A stretch of 64,000 bases of DNA from Actinomycetota bacterium (GTDB lineage: Bacteria > Actinomycetota > Acidimicrobiia > IMCC26256 > JACDBD01), in NCBI GenBank assembly GCA_052390575.1, contig JBQTGU010000050.1, positions 262-64,261 of the forward strand, in the 5' to 3' direction. Each line of letters starts with the position of its first letter. Position 1 is the stretch's first letter. This document shows, in pieces, positions 7,932 through 18,139 of the stretch. The position numbers were made by a program, and so were the translations under genes. The notes below the pieces were generated by a model, which worked only from the letters and a program-made list of their open reading frames with translations, was not told the origin of the DNA and did not search any database.

Positions 7932-9733
7932 CGACCACCGACACCGAGCTGACCGCGGCCGACGTCGCCTGGGACCTCGAGTCCCTGGTCGACGGGCGGG
8001 GCGACGAAGGCGTGGACGCGTTCCTCGACGACGCCGAGCAGCGCGCCGCCGAGATCGTCCGCCACCGCGGCAAGGTGCACGAGGTCGACACCGACGGACT
8101 CGTCACGCTCATGCGCGAGCTCGGCGCGCTGGAGGAGTTGGTCGGCCGGGCCGCCTCGTACGCCGGCCTGCGGTTCTCGGTCGACACGAGCGACCCGGCC
8201 CGGGGCGCGCTTCTCCAGCACGTCGAGGAACGGGCGACCGTCATCCAGACGCAACTGCTGTTCTTCCAGCTCGAGTGGGCCGAGCTTCCCGACGAGCAGG
8301 TCGAGCGGCTGCTGGCCGACGACCACCTCGACTTCTGCCGCCACTACCTTGCGTCCGTCCGCCGGTACCGCCCCCACCTGCTGTCCGAGCCCGAGGAGCG
8401 CATCCTCACCGAGAAATCGGTGACCGGATGCAACGCCTGGACGCGGCTGTTCAGCGAGCTGACATCGGCGATCACCGTCGAGCTCGACGGATCGCAGGTC
8501 AGCCTGGAGGAGGCGCTGTCTCGGCTCGCCTCACCCGACCGCGACGAGCGCCGCCGTGCCGCCGATGCGGTCACCGACGGGCTCTCTCCCGGCCTGCGCA
8601 CGCGAGGATTCGTGTTCAACACCCTCCTCGCCGACAAGGCCACCGACGACCGCCTGCGGCACTATGCCGACTGGCTCGCCAGCCGCAACCTCGACAACGA
8701 AGCCAGTGACGAGTCGGTGCGGGCGCTGGTCGAGGCGGTGCAGGGGCGCTACGACATCCCGCAGCGGTGGTACCGGCTCAAGGCCCGGCTCCTCGGTCTC
8801 GACCGCATCGCCGACTACGACCGGGCGGCGACGGTGGCCGAGCAGGACGCCGAGATCGGGTGGAGCGAAGCCCACGAGCTCGTGCTCGACGCCTACGCGT
8901 CGTTCTCCCCCGAGCTCGCCGCCATCGCCCGCCGGTTCTTCGACGAGCGCTGGATCGACGCACCGGTCCGGCCGGGCAAGCGCCCGGGCGCGTTCTGCGC
9001 TTACACGGTCCCGTCGCACCACCCGTACCTGTTGCTGAACTGGACCGCCCGCCGCCGCGACGTCCTCACGCTCGCGCACGAGCTCGGTCACGGCGTGCAC
9101 GCGTATCTGGCGCGCGACCAGGGCGTCTTCCACCAGTCCACGCCGCTCACCCTGGCCGAGACCGCGTCGGTGTTCGGCGAGACCGTCACGTTCGGCCGCC
9201 TCCTGGCTGAGACCACCGATCCCGCCGACCGGCTCGCGCTGGTGGCGGAGAGCCTCGAGGGCCAGATCGCGACCGTGTTCCGCCAGACCGCCATGAACCG
9301 GTTCGAGGACCGGGTGCACACCGAGCGGCGCGAGGAAGGGGAGTTGAGCGTCGACCGGTTCGGCGACCTGTGGCTGGAGACCCAGTACGCCATGGTGGGC
9401 GACTCGGTCGAGCTGACCGATGGTTACCGCACGTGGTGGTCGTACATCCCGCACTTCATCGGGACGCCCGGCTACGTGTACGCGTACGCCTACGGTCAGC
9501 TGCTCGCGCTGTCGGTGTACCGCGAGTACGAGGAGCGGGGCGGAGACTTCGTTCCCAGTTATCTCGAGCTGCTGTCACGAGGAGGATCGGAGTCACCCGA
9601 GGAGCTGGGCCGGATCGTTGGTGTCGACCTCTCCGACCCCGGGTTCTGGGACGGCGGCCTCGAGATCATCGAGCAGCAGCTGCTCGCCGCCGAAGCCGCC
9701 GCCGTCGCCGCCGGCCGGGTCCCTCCGGGCTGA
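7928..9733 (+). CDS. pepF: M3 family oligoendopeptidase F
   Basis: HELGHGVH zinc motif (HEXXH) and a length of about 600 aa. The ATG overlaps the helD stop codon (ATGA). Confidence 0.85.
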   Translation: MTTTDTELTAADVAWDLESLVDGRGDEGVDAFLDDAEQRAAEIVRHRGKVHEVDTDGLVTLMRELGALEELVGRAASYAGLRFSVDTSDPARGALLQHVEERATVIQTQLLFFQLEWAELPDEQVERLLADDHLDFCRHYLASVRRYRPHLLSEPEERILTEKSVTGCNAWTRLFSELTSAITVELDGSQVSLEEALSRLASPDRDERRRAADAVTDGLSPGLRTRGFVFNTLLADKATDDRLRHYADWLASRNLDNEASDESVRALVEAVQGRYDIPQRWYRLKARLLGLDRIADYDRAATVAEQDAEIGWSEAHELVLDAYASFSPELAAIARRFFDERWIDAPVRPGKRPGAFCAYTVPSHHPYLLLNWTARRRDVLTLAHELGHGVHAYLARDQGVFHQSTPLTLAETASVFGETVTFGRLLAETTDPADRLALVAESLEGQIATVFRQTAMNRFEDRVHTERREEGELSVDRFGDLWLETQYAMVGDSVELTDGYRTWWSYIPHFIGTPGYVYAYAYGQLLALSVYREYEERGGDFVPSYLELLSRGGSESPEELGRIVGVDLSDPGFWDGGLEIIEQQLLAAEAAAVAAGRVPPG

Positions 9734-11404
9734 TCAGGGATCCCACCGCGCCAGCTCCCGCTCGAGCTGGGCCAGGCCCATGTTCCCGAGGTCGAGGGCG
9801 TGGCGGTGGAACGCCTTGAGGTCGAACCGGTCGCCGAGACGCCGGCGAACCGCCTCGCGCGCCCCCAGCCAGACCCGCTCGCCCACCTTGTAGCTGATCG
9901 CCTGGCCGGGCCAGCCGAGGTAGCGGTCGACCTCGCTGGCCATGAAGTCGGCCGGCATCTTCGAATGCGTGATCGCGAACGGGAGTGCCAGCTCGGGTGT
10001 CCACGTCTCGCCCGCATGGGGGTCGCCCTCGGGAACCGCGAGCTCGAGGTGAAGCCCGATGTCGACCACCACCCGCATCGCCCGCATGGCCTGCGCCGCC
10101 AGCATGCCCATCTCGTCGCCGGGGTCGTCGAGGTACCCGAGCTCGCCCATGAGCCGCTCGGCGTACAGGGCCCAGCCCTCGCCGTGGCCCGAGCTCCACG
10201 CCAGGCTGCGCTGGAAGCGGGTGAGCTCGTCGGCGAGGTAGAGCACCTGCCCGACCTGGAGATGATGGCCGGGGACGCCCTCGTGGTAGCAGATCGACAC
10301 CTCCTTCCACAGCGGGAAGCGGGTCTTGCCCAGCGTCGGGTACCAGGTGCGCCCGGGCCGGCTGAAGTCCTCGGAAGGCGGCGTGTAGTACATGGCGGCG
10401 GCGCCACCGGGCGGCGCGATCATCGCCTCGACCCGCTGCACCGGCTCGGGGATGTCGAAGTGGATGTCGTCGAGCTCGGCGACGGTGCGGTCCATCAGGT
10501 CCTGGAGCCACCGGCGCAGCGCGTCCTCGCCCTCGATCGACCGGGCCGGCGACGAGTCCAGGTGCTCGATGACGGCGTCGACCCCTTCACCGGGCAGGAT
10601 GCGCTCGGCGACCTCGCCCATCGCGTGCTCGATGCGGTGGAGCTCGTCCCAGCCCCACCGGTAGGTCTCGTCGAGGTCGAGGGTCATGCCGGTGAACGCC
10701 CGGGCGCGACGCGAGTAGCGGTCGGCGCCGACCGCGTCGCGCTCGGCCGCTCGGGGCGAGTACTCGTCAGTGAGGAAACGGGCGCAGGCGGCGTACGCCT
10801 CGGTGGCGCGGTGCGCCCGGTCCTCGAGCGTGCGCCGCAGCGTTCCGTCGTCCTCCAGCTGCTGCACCAGGCGAGGGAAGAACGGCGGGTCGTCGTCCCC
10901 CAGCCCACCCCAGGTCTCGGCCTGCTTGGCGCACGTCACGACCTGACGGCGGGCGGCAACCAGGCCGCGCCGCGCCCCCTCGGAGAGCGTGTCCTGGTAG
11001 CTCGACAGCGCCGCCGGCACGAGCGCCATCCGGGCCGCGATCGCGTCCCAGTCCGACTCGGTCTCGGTGGGCATGAGGTCGAACACCTGCCGGACCGCCT
11101 GCAGCGGGCTGGCGATGTTGTTGAGCTCGCACAGGTGCTCGCCGGCGTCGTGGAGCTCCACGCCGAGCGAGAGCTCCTCGACCATGACCTCGGCGGCGAC
11201 CCGGTCGCGGTCGTCGTCCTGGGGCGCATGCTCGAGCTGGGTGAGTGTGGCTCGGGCGTGGTCGGCGCGCTCGTCGGCGGCGTCGGGCCCGTAGTCGGTC
11301 ATCTCGGAGTCGTGGCCGGTGATCCCGGCGAACGTCGCGCTGATCGGGTCGAGGGCGGCGAACCGCTCGACGTACTCGTCCGCGATCTCGTCCACGCTCG
11401 GCAT
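9734..11404 (-). CDS. DUF885 domain-containing protein
   Basis: CYHEGVPGHHLQ and the GEGWALYAERL pattern typical of DUF885 proteins; 556 aa. Confidence 0.75.
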   Translation of the reverse strand: MPSVDEIADEYVERFAALDPISATFAGITGHDSEMTDYGPDAADERADHARATLTQLEHAPQDDDRDRVAAEVMVEELSLGVELHDAGEHLCELNNIASPLQAVRQVFDLMPTETESDWDAIAARMALVPAALSSYQDTLSEGARRGLVAARRQVVTCAKQAETWGGLGDDDPPFFPRLVQQLEDDGTLRRTLEDRAHRATEAYAACARFLTDEYSPRAAERDAVGADRYSRRARAFTGMTLDLDETYRWGWDELHRIEHAMGEVAERILPGEGVDAVIEHLDSSPARSIEGEDALRRWLQDLMDRTVAELDDIHFDIPEPVQRVEAMIAPPGGAAAMYYTPPSEDFSRPGRTWYPTLGKTRFPLWKEVSICYHEGVPGHHLQVGQVLYLADELTRFQRSLAWSSGHGEGWALYAERLMGELGYLDDPGDEMGMLAAQAMRAMRVVVDIGLHLELAVPEGDPHAGETWTPELALPFAITHSKMPADFMASEVDRYLGWPGQAISYKVGERVWLGAREAVRRRLGDRFDLKAFHRHALDLGNMGLAQLERELARWDP

Positions 11405-11486
11405 GAGCCCTCCCTGAGAGAGAAGGGCGAGTCTCGCGCGGCGCCGGATGAGTGGTTCCGGTGGGGTCGGGGGCTACCTTCGAGGT

Positions 11487-12893
11487 ATGAGCGGTGACGG
11501 ACCGACCCGGCAGGAGACCGACAGCATGGGCGCCATCGACGTCCCCGCCGACCGGTACTGGGGCGCCCAGAGCCAGCGCAGCCTGCACCACTTCGACATC
11601 GGCGACGACCGCATGCCGAAGGCGGTCATCAGGGGGATGGCCGTTCTCAAGAAGGCGGCCGCGCTCACCAACCAGGATCTCGGCAAGCTCGCCGCCGAGG
11701 AAGCAAAGCTCATCGTCCAGGCGGCCGACGAGGTCATCGACGGCCGCCACGACGACGAGTTCCCGCTCTCGGTCTGGCAGACCGGCAGCGGCACGCAGAC
11801 CAACATGAACGTGAACGAGGTCATCTCCAACCGCGCCATCGAGCTCGCCGGCGGGGAGCGGGGGAGCAAGGCGCCCATCCACCCCAACGACCACGTCAAC
11901 ATGTCGCAGTCGTCCAACGACACGTTCCCGACCGCGATGCACATCGCCGCCGCCGAGGAGATCGTCCGCCGGCTCGTGCCCGCGGTGCGTGCCCTCCGCG
12001 ACGCCCTCGCCCGCAAGGCCGACGAGTTCGCCGGGATCGTGAAGATCGGGCGCACCCACCTCCAGGACGCAGTCCCGCTGACCCTCGGCCAGGAGTTCGG
12101 CGGCTACGTCGCCCAGCTCGATGCCGACCTCGCGCGCATCGACGCGGTCCTCCCCGATCTCCACGAGCTGGCGGTCGGCGGGACCGCCGTCGGCACCGGG
12201 CTCAACACCCATCCCGACTTCGCCGACCGGGTGGCCGAGCGCATCGCCGACCTCACCGGCCTGCCGTTCGTCTCGGCGCCGAACAAGTTCGCCGCCCTCG
12301 CCGCCCACGACGCGCTCGTGATGGCGAGCGGCGCGCTCAAGACCCTGGCGGTCTCGTTGATGAAGATCGCCAACGACATCCGCCTGCTCGCGTCAGGCCC
12401 TCGTTCGGGACTGGGCGAGCTGATCCTGCCCGAGAACGAGCCCGGCTCGTCGATCATGCCGGGCAAGGTCAACCCGACGCAGAGCGAGGCCATGACCATG
12501 GTCTGCGTGCAGGTGCTGGGCAACGACGTGACCATCGGCTTCGCCGGCTCGCAGGGCCAACTCGAGCTCAACGTCTACAAGCCGGTGATCATCTTCAACC
12601 TCCTGCACTCGGTCGACCTCCTCACCGACGTCTGTCGCTCGTTCCGGGAGCACGCGGTCGAAGGGTTGCGGGCCGACGAGGAGCGGATCGCCGAGCACCT
12701 CGGCAACTCGCTCATGCTGGTCACCGCGCTCAACCCGCACATCGGCTACGACAACGCCGCCGCCATCGCCAAGCACGCCCACCGCGAAGGTCTGACCCTC
12801 AAGGAGGCGGCGGTGGCGCTCGGCCACCTCTCGTCCGAGCAGTTCGACGAGCTCGTCCGCCCCGAGGACATGACGGGACCGTCGGGGAAATAG
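11487..12893 (+). CDS. fumC: Class II fumarate hydratase
   Basis: [16 protein letters not shown] signature and [14 protein letters not shown]. The start is moved to Met14 ([15 protein letters not shown]). Confidence 0.95.
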   Translation: MSGDGPTRQETDSMGAIDVPADRYWGAQSQRSLHHFDIGDDRMPKAVIRGMAVLKKAAALTNQDLGKLAAEEAKLIVQAADEVIDGRHDDEFPLSVWQTGSGTQTNMNVNEVISNRAIELAGGERGSKAPIHPNDHVNMSQSSNDTFPTAMHIAAAEEIVRRLVPAVRALRDALARKADEFAGIVKIGRTHLQDAVPLTLGQEFGGYVAQLDADLARIDAVLPDLHELAVGGTAVGTGLNTHPDFADRVAERIADLTGLPFVSAPNKFAALAAHDALVMASGALKTLAVSLMKIANDIRLLASGPRSGLGELILPENEPGSSIMPGKVNPTQSEAMTMVCVQVLGNDVTIGFAGSQGQLELNVYKPVIIFNLLHSVDLLTDVCRSFREHAVEGLRADEERIAEHLGNSLMLVTALNPHIGYDNAAAIAKHAHREGLTLKEAAVALGHLSSEQFDELVRPEDMTGPSGK

Positions 12894-12931
12894 CTAGCCT
12901 GACGATCCACTTCGCAGGAGGGACGATCTCA

Positions 12932-13420
12932 ATGGCGATTCTCGATGCCCCGGTGCGCACGCTCGACGGGGGGCCGGCGCAGCTGTCCGACTACCAGGGC
13001 AAGGCACTGCTCATCGTCAACGTGGCGTCGCAGTGCGGCCTGACCCCGCAGTACTCCGGGCTCCAGCAGCTCCACGAGGAGTACGGCCCCCGCGGGTTCG
13101 AGGTCCTCGGCTTCCCCTGCAACCAGTTCGGCGCCCAGGAGCCGGGCGGGCCCGGCGAGATCGCCCAGTTCTGCGAGACCAACTACGGCGTCACCTTCCC
13201 GCTGTTCGAGAAGATCGAGGTGAACGGCGAGGGCCGCCACCCCCTCTACGAGGAGCTGACCGCCGTGGCCGACGCCGACGGCGAGGCCGGCGACATCCAG
13301 TGGAACTTCGAGAAGTTCCTGGTCAGCCCAGACGGCAACACCGTCCGGCGCTTCCGCCCCATGACCGCCCCCGACGACCCCGAGCTGGTGGGCGCCATCC
13401 AGGACGAGCTTCCTTCCTAA
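12932..13420 (+). CDS. Glutathione peroxidase (Cys-type)
   Basis: NVASQCGLTPQY, LGFPCNQFGAQEP and WNFEKFLV motifs. The active-site residue is Cys, not Sec. Confidence 0.9.
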   Translation: MAILDAPVRTLDGGPAQLSDYQGKALLIVNVASQCGLTPQYSGLQQLHEEYGPRGFEVLGFPCNQFGAQEPGGPGEIAQFCETNYGVTFPLFEKIEVNGEGRHPLYEELTAVADADGEAGDIQWNFEKFLVSPDGNTVRRFRPMTAPDDPELVGAIQDELPS

Positions 13421-13440
13421 AGGCGGGCGGCCTGAGGTCA

Positions 13441-13456
13441 CATTCCCGGGGGAATG
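13441..13456 (+). terminator. Hairpin downstream of the glutathione peroxidase gene (candidate terminator; no U-tract)
   Basis: CATTCCCGGGGGAATG is a perfect palindrome that starts 21 nt after the stop codon. Confidence 0.3.
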
Positions 13457-13502
13457 GAGGGTGGCCCCCGGTCGTTCTCCCCTTCACGTAATCGTGTAAT
13501 CG

Positions 13503-13530
13503 CCACGAGATCGTGGCCACGAGATGGTGG
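13503..13530 (+). promoter_or_regulatory. Tandem 14-nt near-palindromic repeat at the lon 5' end
   Basis: CCACGAGATCGTGG followed directly by CCACGAGATGGTGG (13/14 identical). The first copy is an inverted repeat CCACGA-GA-TCGTGG. A GTAATCG x2 direct repeat precedes it. Confidence 0.3.
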
Positions 13531-15902
13531 AGGACAAGCCCATGGCGGAGCTCGACGCCGCCCGGCTCGAGAACGGGGCGCTGCCCCTGCTGCCACTGGC
13601 GGCGGGCGTGGTGCTCCCCCAGACCGTTGTGACCCTCGTCCTCGAGAGCGACGAGGCCCAAGCGGCCGCGGCCGTCGCCCTCGACGGCGACCGCCGGGTC
13701 CTGCTCGTGCCCCGCACCGAGGGCGGGTACGCGCGCGTCGGGACCGTCGCCCGGGTCGAGGACTCAGGGGAGCTCCCGAACGGCGCCAGCGCCGTCGTCC
13801 TGCGCGGCCTGCACCGCGCCGTCCTGGGCGCGGGCGTGACCGGCACCGGGTACGGGCTCTGGGTCCAGGCCGACCCGGTCGAGGACGGCCCGCCGTCGGA
13901 CCGCGTCCGTGAGTTGGGCCGCGAGCTGCGGTCGGTCCTCACCGTGCTCGCCGAGCGCCGCAGCTCGCGCCGCCTCCCCGAGCTCCTCCGCAGCGTCGAC
14001 GACCCCGGTGCGCTCGCCGACGGCTTCGGTGCCTGGAGCGACATGGCCGCCGAGCGCAAGGTCGAGCTCCTCGAGACCGTCGACGTCGAGGCGCGCGTCG
14101 AGAAGGTCCTCGACTGGGCACGGGAGGCGCTGGCCGAGCACGAGGTGACCGAGCGCATCCGCAGCGAGGTCAATGACGGCATGGAGAAGACGCAGCGCGA
14201 GTTCCTGTTGCGCCAGCAGATGGCCGCCATTCGCAAGGAGCTGGGCGAGGACGGCGACGACGACGTCATCGAGACCTACCGGGAGCGCATCGCCGAAGGG
14301 TCCCCTCCCGAAGCCGTGCGCGAGGCCGCCACCCGCGAGGTGGATCGGCTCGAGCGCACCGGTGAGCAGAGCCCCGAGCACGGCTGGATCCGCACCTGGC
14401 TCGACAGCCTCCTCGACGTCCCCTGGGGCGAGTCGACGCCCGACCGGCTCGACGTCGGCGACGCCCGTCGCATCCTCGACGAGGACCACACCGGGCTCGA
14501 CGACGTCAAGGACCGCATCGTGGAGTACCTGGCGGTGCGCAAGCTGCGGGCCGAGCGCGGCATCACCGACAGCGGGGGAGGGTCCGACCGGGCCCGAGGC
14601 GGCGGCGCGATCGTCGCGCTCGTCGGCCCCCCGGGCGTCGGCAAGACGTCGCTGGGTGAATCGGTCGCACGCGCCATGGGGCGCAAGTTCGTGCGGGTCG
14701 CCCTCGGAGGCGTCCGCGACGAGGCCGAGATCCGGGGGCACCGGCGGACGTACGTCGGCGCCCGTCCCGGCCGGATCGTGCGCGCCCTCACCGAGGCAGG
14801 CACGATGAACCCGGTCGTCCTGCTCGACGAGGTCGACAAGCTCGGCGCCGACTGGCGGGGCGATCCGTCGTCGGCCCTGCTCGAGGTGCTCGACCCGGCC
14901 CAGAACCACACGTTCCGCGACCACTACCTCGAGGTCGACCTCGACCTCTCCGAGGTGCTGTTCCTCGCGACCGCCAACGTGGTCGAGACCATCCCCGGGC
15001 CCCTCCTCGACCGGATGGAGCTCGTGCGGCTCGACGGGTACACCGAGGACGAGAAGGTCGCCATCGCGCGCGACCACCTCCTGCCGCGCCAGGTCCCGCG
15101 CAACGGGCTGAACCCGGGCGAGGTCGTCGTGCCCGACGACACCCTGCGGCTCGTGGTGGTCGACTACACCCGCGAGGCGGGGGTGCGGAACCTCGAGCGG
15201 GAGCTGGGCAAGCTGCTGCGCAAGGTCGCGGCCCGAGTGGCGGCCGGCGATGTGACGCCGCCGCTGACCGTCGTCGAGAGCGAGGTGCAGCCGCTCCTGG
15301 GCCGGCCCAAGTTCTTCGCCGAAGCGGCCGACCGCACCGCCACCCCCGGCGTCGCGACCGGGCTGGCCGTGACCGGCACCGGCGGCGACGTCCTCTTCAT
15401 CGAGGCCAGCGTCATGGACGGCGAGCCCGGCTTCACCCTGACCGGTCAGCTCGGTGACGTCATGAAGGAGTCGGCCCAGATCGCGCTGTCCTACGTGCGG
15501 GCGCACCAGGACGAGCTCGGGCTCCCGGGCGACGCCGCCACCCGGCGGTTCCACCTCCACGTGCCCGCCGGCGCTGTGCCCAAGGACGGGCCGTCGGCCG
15601 GCATCACCATGACGACCGCGCTCGCCAGCCTGCTCTCGGGGCGGTCGGTGCGCGCCGGCGTGGGGATGACCGGCGAGGTCACGCTCCAGGGCCGGGTGCT
15701 GCCGATCGGCGGCGTCAAGCAGAAGGTGCTGGCCGCCCAGCGGGCCGGGCTGACCACGGTGGTCCTGCCCACCCGCAACGGCCCCGACCTCGACGACGTC
15801 CCCGAGGCGGTGCGCGACGCGCTGACCTTCCATCTCGTCGACGACATCAGCGAGGTGCTGGCGATCGCGCTCGAGCCCGAGGCGAGCGACCAGGCCGCGT
15901 AA
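13524..15902 (+). CDS. lon: ATP-dependent Lon protease (LonA)
   Basis: N-terminal LON domain, Walker A GPPGVGKTS, and protease motif PKDGPSAGITM. An alternative start at Met7 (13542) has a better GGAGGA SD sequence. Confidence 0.95.
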   Translation: MVEDKPMAELDAARLENGALPLLPLAAGVVLPQTVVTLVLESDEAQAAAAVALDGDRRVLLVPRTEGGYARVGTVARVEDSGELPNGASAVVLRGLHRAVLGAGVTGTGYGLWVQADPVEDGPPSDRVRELGRELRSVLTVLAERRSSRRLPELLRSVDDPGALADGFGAWSDMAAERKVELLETVDVEARVEKVLDWAREALAEHEVTERIRSEVNDGMEKTQREFLLRQQMAAIRKELGEDGDDDVIETYRERIAEGSPPEAVREAATREVDRLERTGEQSPEHGWIRTWLDSLLDVPWGESTPDRLDVGDARRILDEDHTGLDDVKDRIVEYLAVRKLRAERGITDSGGGSDRARGGGAIVALVGPPGVGKTSLGESVARAMGRKFVRVALGGVRDEAEIRGHRRTYVGARPGRIVRALTEAGTMNPVVLLDEVDKLGADWRGDPSSALLEVLDPAQNHTFRDHYLEVDLDLSEVLFLATANVVETIPGPLLDRMELVRLDGYTEDEKVAIARDHLLPRQVPRNGLNPGEVVVPDDTLRLVVVDYTREAGVRNLERELGKLLRKVAARVAAGDVTPPLTVVESEVQPLLGRPKFFAEAADRTATPGVATGLAVTGTGGDVLFIEASVMDGEPGFTLTGQLGDVMKESAQIALSYVRAHQDELGLPGDAATRRFHLHVPAGAVPKDGPSAGITMTTALASLLSGRSVRAGVGMTGEVTLQGRVLPIGGVKQKVLAAQRAGLTTVVLPTRNGPDLDDVPEAVRDALTFHLVDDISEVLAIALEPEASDQAA

Positions 15903-15928
15903 ACCGTCGCCGTGACCCGCCGCGGTAG

Positions 15929-16981
15929 CTACGCGGGCGCGGCGACCTCGGCGGCGGGGCTGCGGGTGAAGTCGAGCTCCTCGCCCGGCTCCAGGGGGAA
16001 GTGGCAGGCGGCGAACCGGCCCGGACGCACCTCGCGTACCTCCGGCTCCTCCTCGGCGCACTTGTCCTGGAACTTGGGGCAGCGGGTCCGGAACCGGCAG
16101 CCGCTGGGCGGCGAGATCGGCGACGGGATCTCGCCCTTGAGGACCTTGCGGTCTTCGGGGCGCACATCGGGGTCGGGGACCGGGATGGCCGTGAGCAGCG
16201 CCGCGGTGTAGGGGTGCACCGGGTCTTCGTACATGTCGTCGGGGGGGCCGAACTCGCACAGCTTCCCGAGGTACATGACCGCGACCTTGTCGCTCACGTT
16301 CTTGACCACGGCGAGGTCGTGGGCGATGAAGATCAGCGTCAGCCCGTAGCGGTCCTTCATGTCCTGTAGCAGGTTGATGATCTGGGCCTGCACCGAGACG
16401 TCGAGGGCCGAGACCGGCTCGTCGCAGATGATGAGCTTCGGCTCGGTCACCACCGCCCGGGCGATCGAGATGCGCTGGCACTGGCCGCCCGAGAACTCGT
16501 GCGGCCGCCGCCCGCGGGCGGCGTCGGGGTCGATGCCGACGGCGTCCAGCACCTCGTCGACCTTCTTGTTGCGCGACTCCTTGTCACCGATCCCCCAGAT
16601 CTGGAGGCCCTCGCCGACGAGATCACCGATCTTGCGGCGCGGGTTCAGTGACGAGATCGGGTCCTGGAAGATCATCTGCATGCGGGGCCGGACCCGGCGC
16701 AGCGCTTCGCCCTTGAGCTGGGTGAGGTCCTGGCCCTCGAAGAGCACCTTGCCCGCGGTCGGGCGGGGCAGCTGGATGGCGGCCCGGGCCAGCGTCGACT
16801 TCCCGCAGCCGGACTCGCCGACCAGGCCGAGGGTCTCGCCCTCCTTGATGTCGACGCTGACCTTCGACACCGCGTTCACCTTGAGCCCGGACTTCCCGAG
16901 CGGGAACTCGACGACGAGGTCCTCGACCCGCAGGAGCGTCTCTTCCTGCGGGCGCAGGTGGGCGGTGCCGCTCCCGGCCAT
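15929..16981 (-). CDS. Peptide ABC transporter ATP-binding protein (OppF/DppF-like)
   Basis: GESGCGKST Walker A, FSGGQCQR signature, and a C-terminal oligopeptide-type extension with CRFRTRCP. Confidence 0.9.
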   Translation of the reverse strand: MAGSGTAHLRPQEETLLRVEDLVVEFPLGKSGLKVNAVSKVSVDIKEGETLGLVGESGCGKSTLARAAIQLPRPTAGKVLFEGQDLTQLKGEALRRVRPRMQMIFQDPISSLNPRRKIGDLVGEGLQIWGIGDKESRNKKVDEVLDAVGIDPDAARGRRPHEFSGGQCQRISIARAVVTEPKLIICDEPVSALDVSVQAQIINLLQDMKDRYGLTLIFIAHDLAVVKNVSDKVAVMYLGKLCEFGPPDDMYEDPVHPYTAALLTAIPVPDPDVRPEDRKVLKGEIPSPISPPSGCRFRTRCPKFQDKCAEEEPEVREVRPGRFAACHFPLEPGEELDFTRSPAAEVAAPA

Positions 16982-18139
16982 CTAATCCGCTCCTCCGCTC
17001 GGTGCTGCTGCGGTCGCGGCGGCGCCGTCGGTCGCGATGATCGCCTCGGTCGCGGCCGTCGTCCCGGCGGCCAGGTTGCGCTCGAGCGCGGCCTTGCCCT
17101 CGGGCGTGCCCACCGGGAACCAGCACCGGAACTCGTGGCCCGGCGTGCTCGCCGGCAGCAGCGGCGGCTGCTCCTCGACGCACTTGGCCTGGGCGTACGG
17201 GCAGCGGGGCGCGAACCGGCATCCCTTCGGCGGGTTGATGAGCGCGGGGGGCCGGCCGCCGATGACCCGCAGGCGGGTGTGGCTCTTGTCGTCGATCTTC
17301 GGGATCGACTCGAGCAGCGCCTCCGTGTACGGCATCTTCATGTCGGTGAAGAGGACCCGCGCCGGGCCCTTCTCCACCACCTGGCCCGCGTACATCACCG
17401 CGATCTCGTCGGCGCGCCCGGCCACGACCCCGAGGTCGTGGGTCACCAGGATCATGGCCATGAACCGCTCGCTCTGCTGCGCCTTGAGCAGGTCGAGGAT
17501 CTGCGCCTGCACGGTCACGTCGAGGGCGGTGGTGGGCTCGTCGGCGAACAGCAGCTTGGGACCGCAGGCGAGCGCGATCGCGATCATCACCCGCTGGCGC
17601 ATGCCGCCGGACAGCTGGTGCGGATACTCGCGGAGCCGCCGCTGGGGCTCGGGGATCCCCACCGACGCCAGCAGCGCGAGCGCGAGCTCGTTCGCGTACG
17701 AGCTCGAGATGTCGAGGTGGTAGAGGAGCGACTCGGTGATCTGCTTCCCGACCCGCATCACCGGGTTCAGCGCCGTCATCGGGTCCTGGAAGACCATCCC
17801 CATCTGCGAGCCCCAGATGTTGCGCATCTCGTCGGGCCCGAGGTTGCCGATCTCGCGGTCTTCGAAGCGCACCGAGCCCTCGCGGATCACGTTCTTCCTG
17901 GGCAGGAGGCCCATGATCGAGCGCGAGAGCACCGTCTTGCCGGAGCCCGACTCGCCCACGATCCCGAGGGTTCGCCCCCGCTCGAGCGAGAAGCTGACGC
18001 CGTCGACGGCGCGTACGAGCCCGCGGCCGGTGCGGAAGTGGGTCTTGACGTCGGCGACCTCGAGCAGCGGCCCGTCGAGGGGGGCGGAGGGGAACCGGTC
18101 GTCGGTGTCGAGGCTCTTGCGCTGGCGCCGAGGGCTCAT
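16982..18139 (-). CDS. Peptide ABC transporter ATP-binding protein (OppD/DppD-like)
   Basis: GESGSGKT Walker A, LSGGMRQR signature and CRFAPRCP. Confidence 0.9.
   Translation of the reverse strand: MSPRRQRKSLDTDDRFPSAPLDGPLLEVADVKTHFRTGRGLVRAVDGVSFSLERGRTLGIVGESGSGKTVLSRSIMGLLPRKNVIREGSVRFEDREIGNLGPDEMRNIWGSQMGMVFQDPMTALNPVMRVGKQITESLLYHLDISSSYANELALALLASVGIPEPQRRLREYPHQLSGGMRQRVMIAIALACGPKLLFADEPTTALDVTVQAQILDLLKAQQSERFMAMILVTHDLGVVAGRADEIAVMYAGQVVEKGPARVLFTDMKMPYTEALLESIPKIDDKSHTRLRVIGGRPPALINPPKGCRFAPRCPYAQAKCVEEQPPLLPASTPGHEFRCWFPVGTPEGKAALERNLAAGTTAATEAIIATDGAAATAAAPSGGAD

Noticed and set aside
12932-13420. I checked whether the glutathione peroxidase gene uses Sec, which would independently show selenocysteine decoding in this genome.
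   Set aside because: The active site is encoded as Cys (NVASQCGLT) with no in-frame TGA, so the gene says nothing about Sec usage.
13764-16481. 905-aa minus-strand ORF overlapping lon and oppF.
   Set aside because: It is antisense to lon, whose frame carries the Walker A and PKDGPSAG motifs. The shadow product is low-complexity and Arg/Pro-rich.
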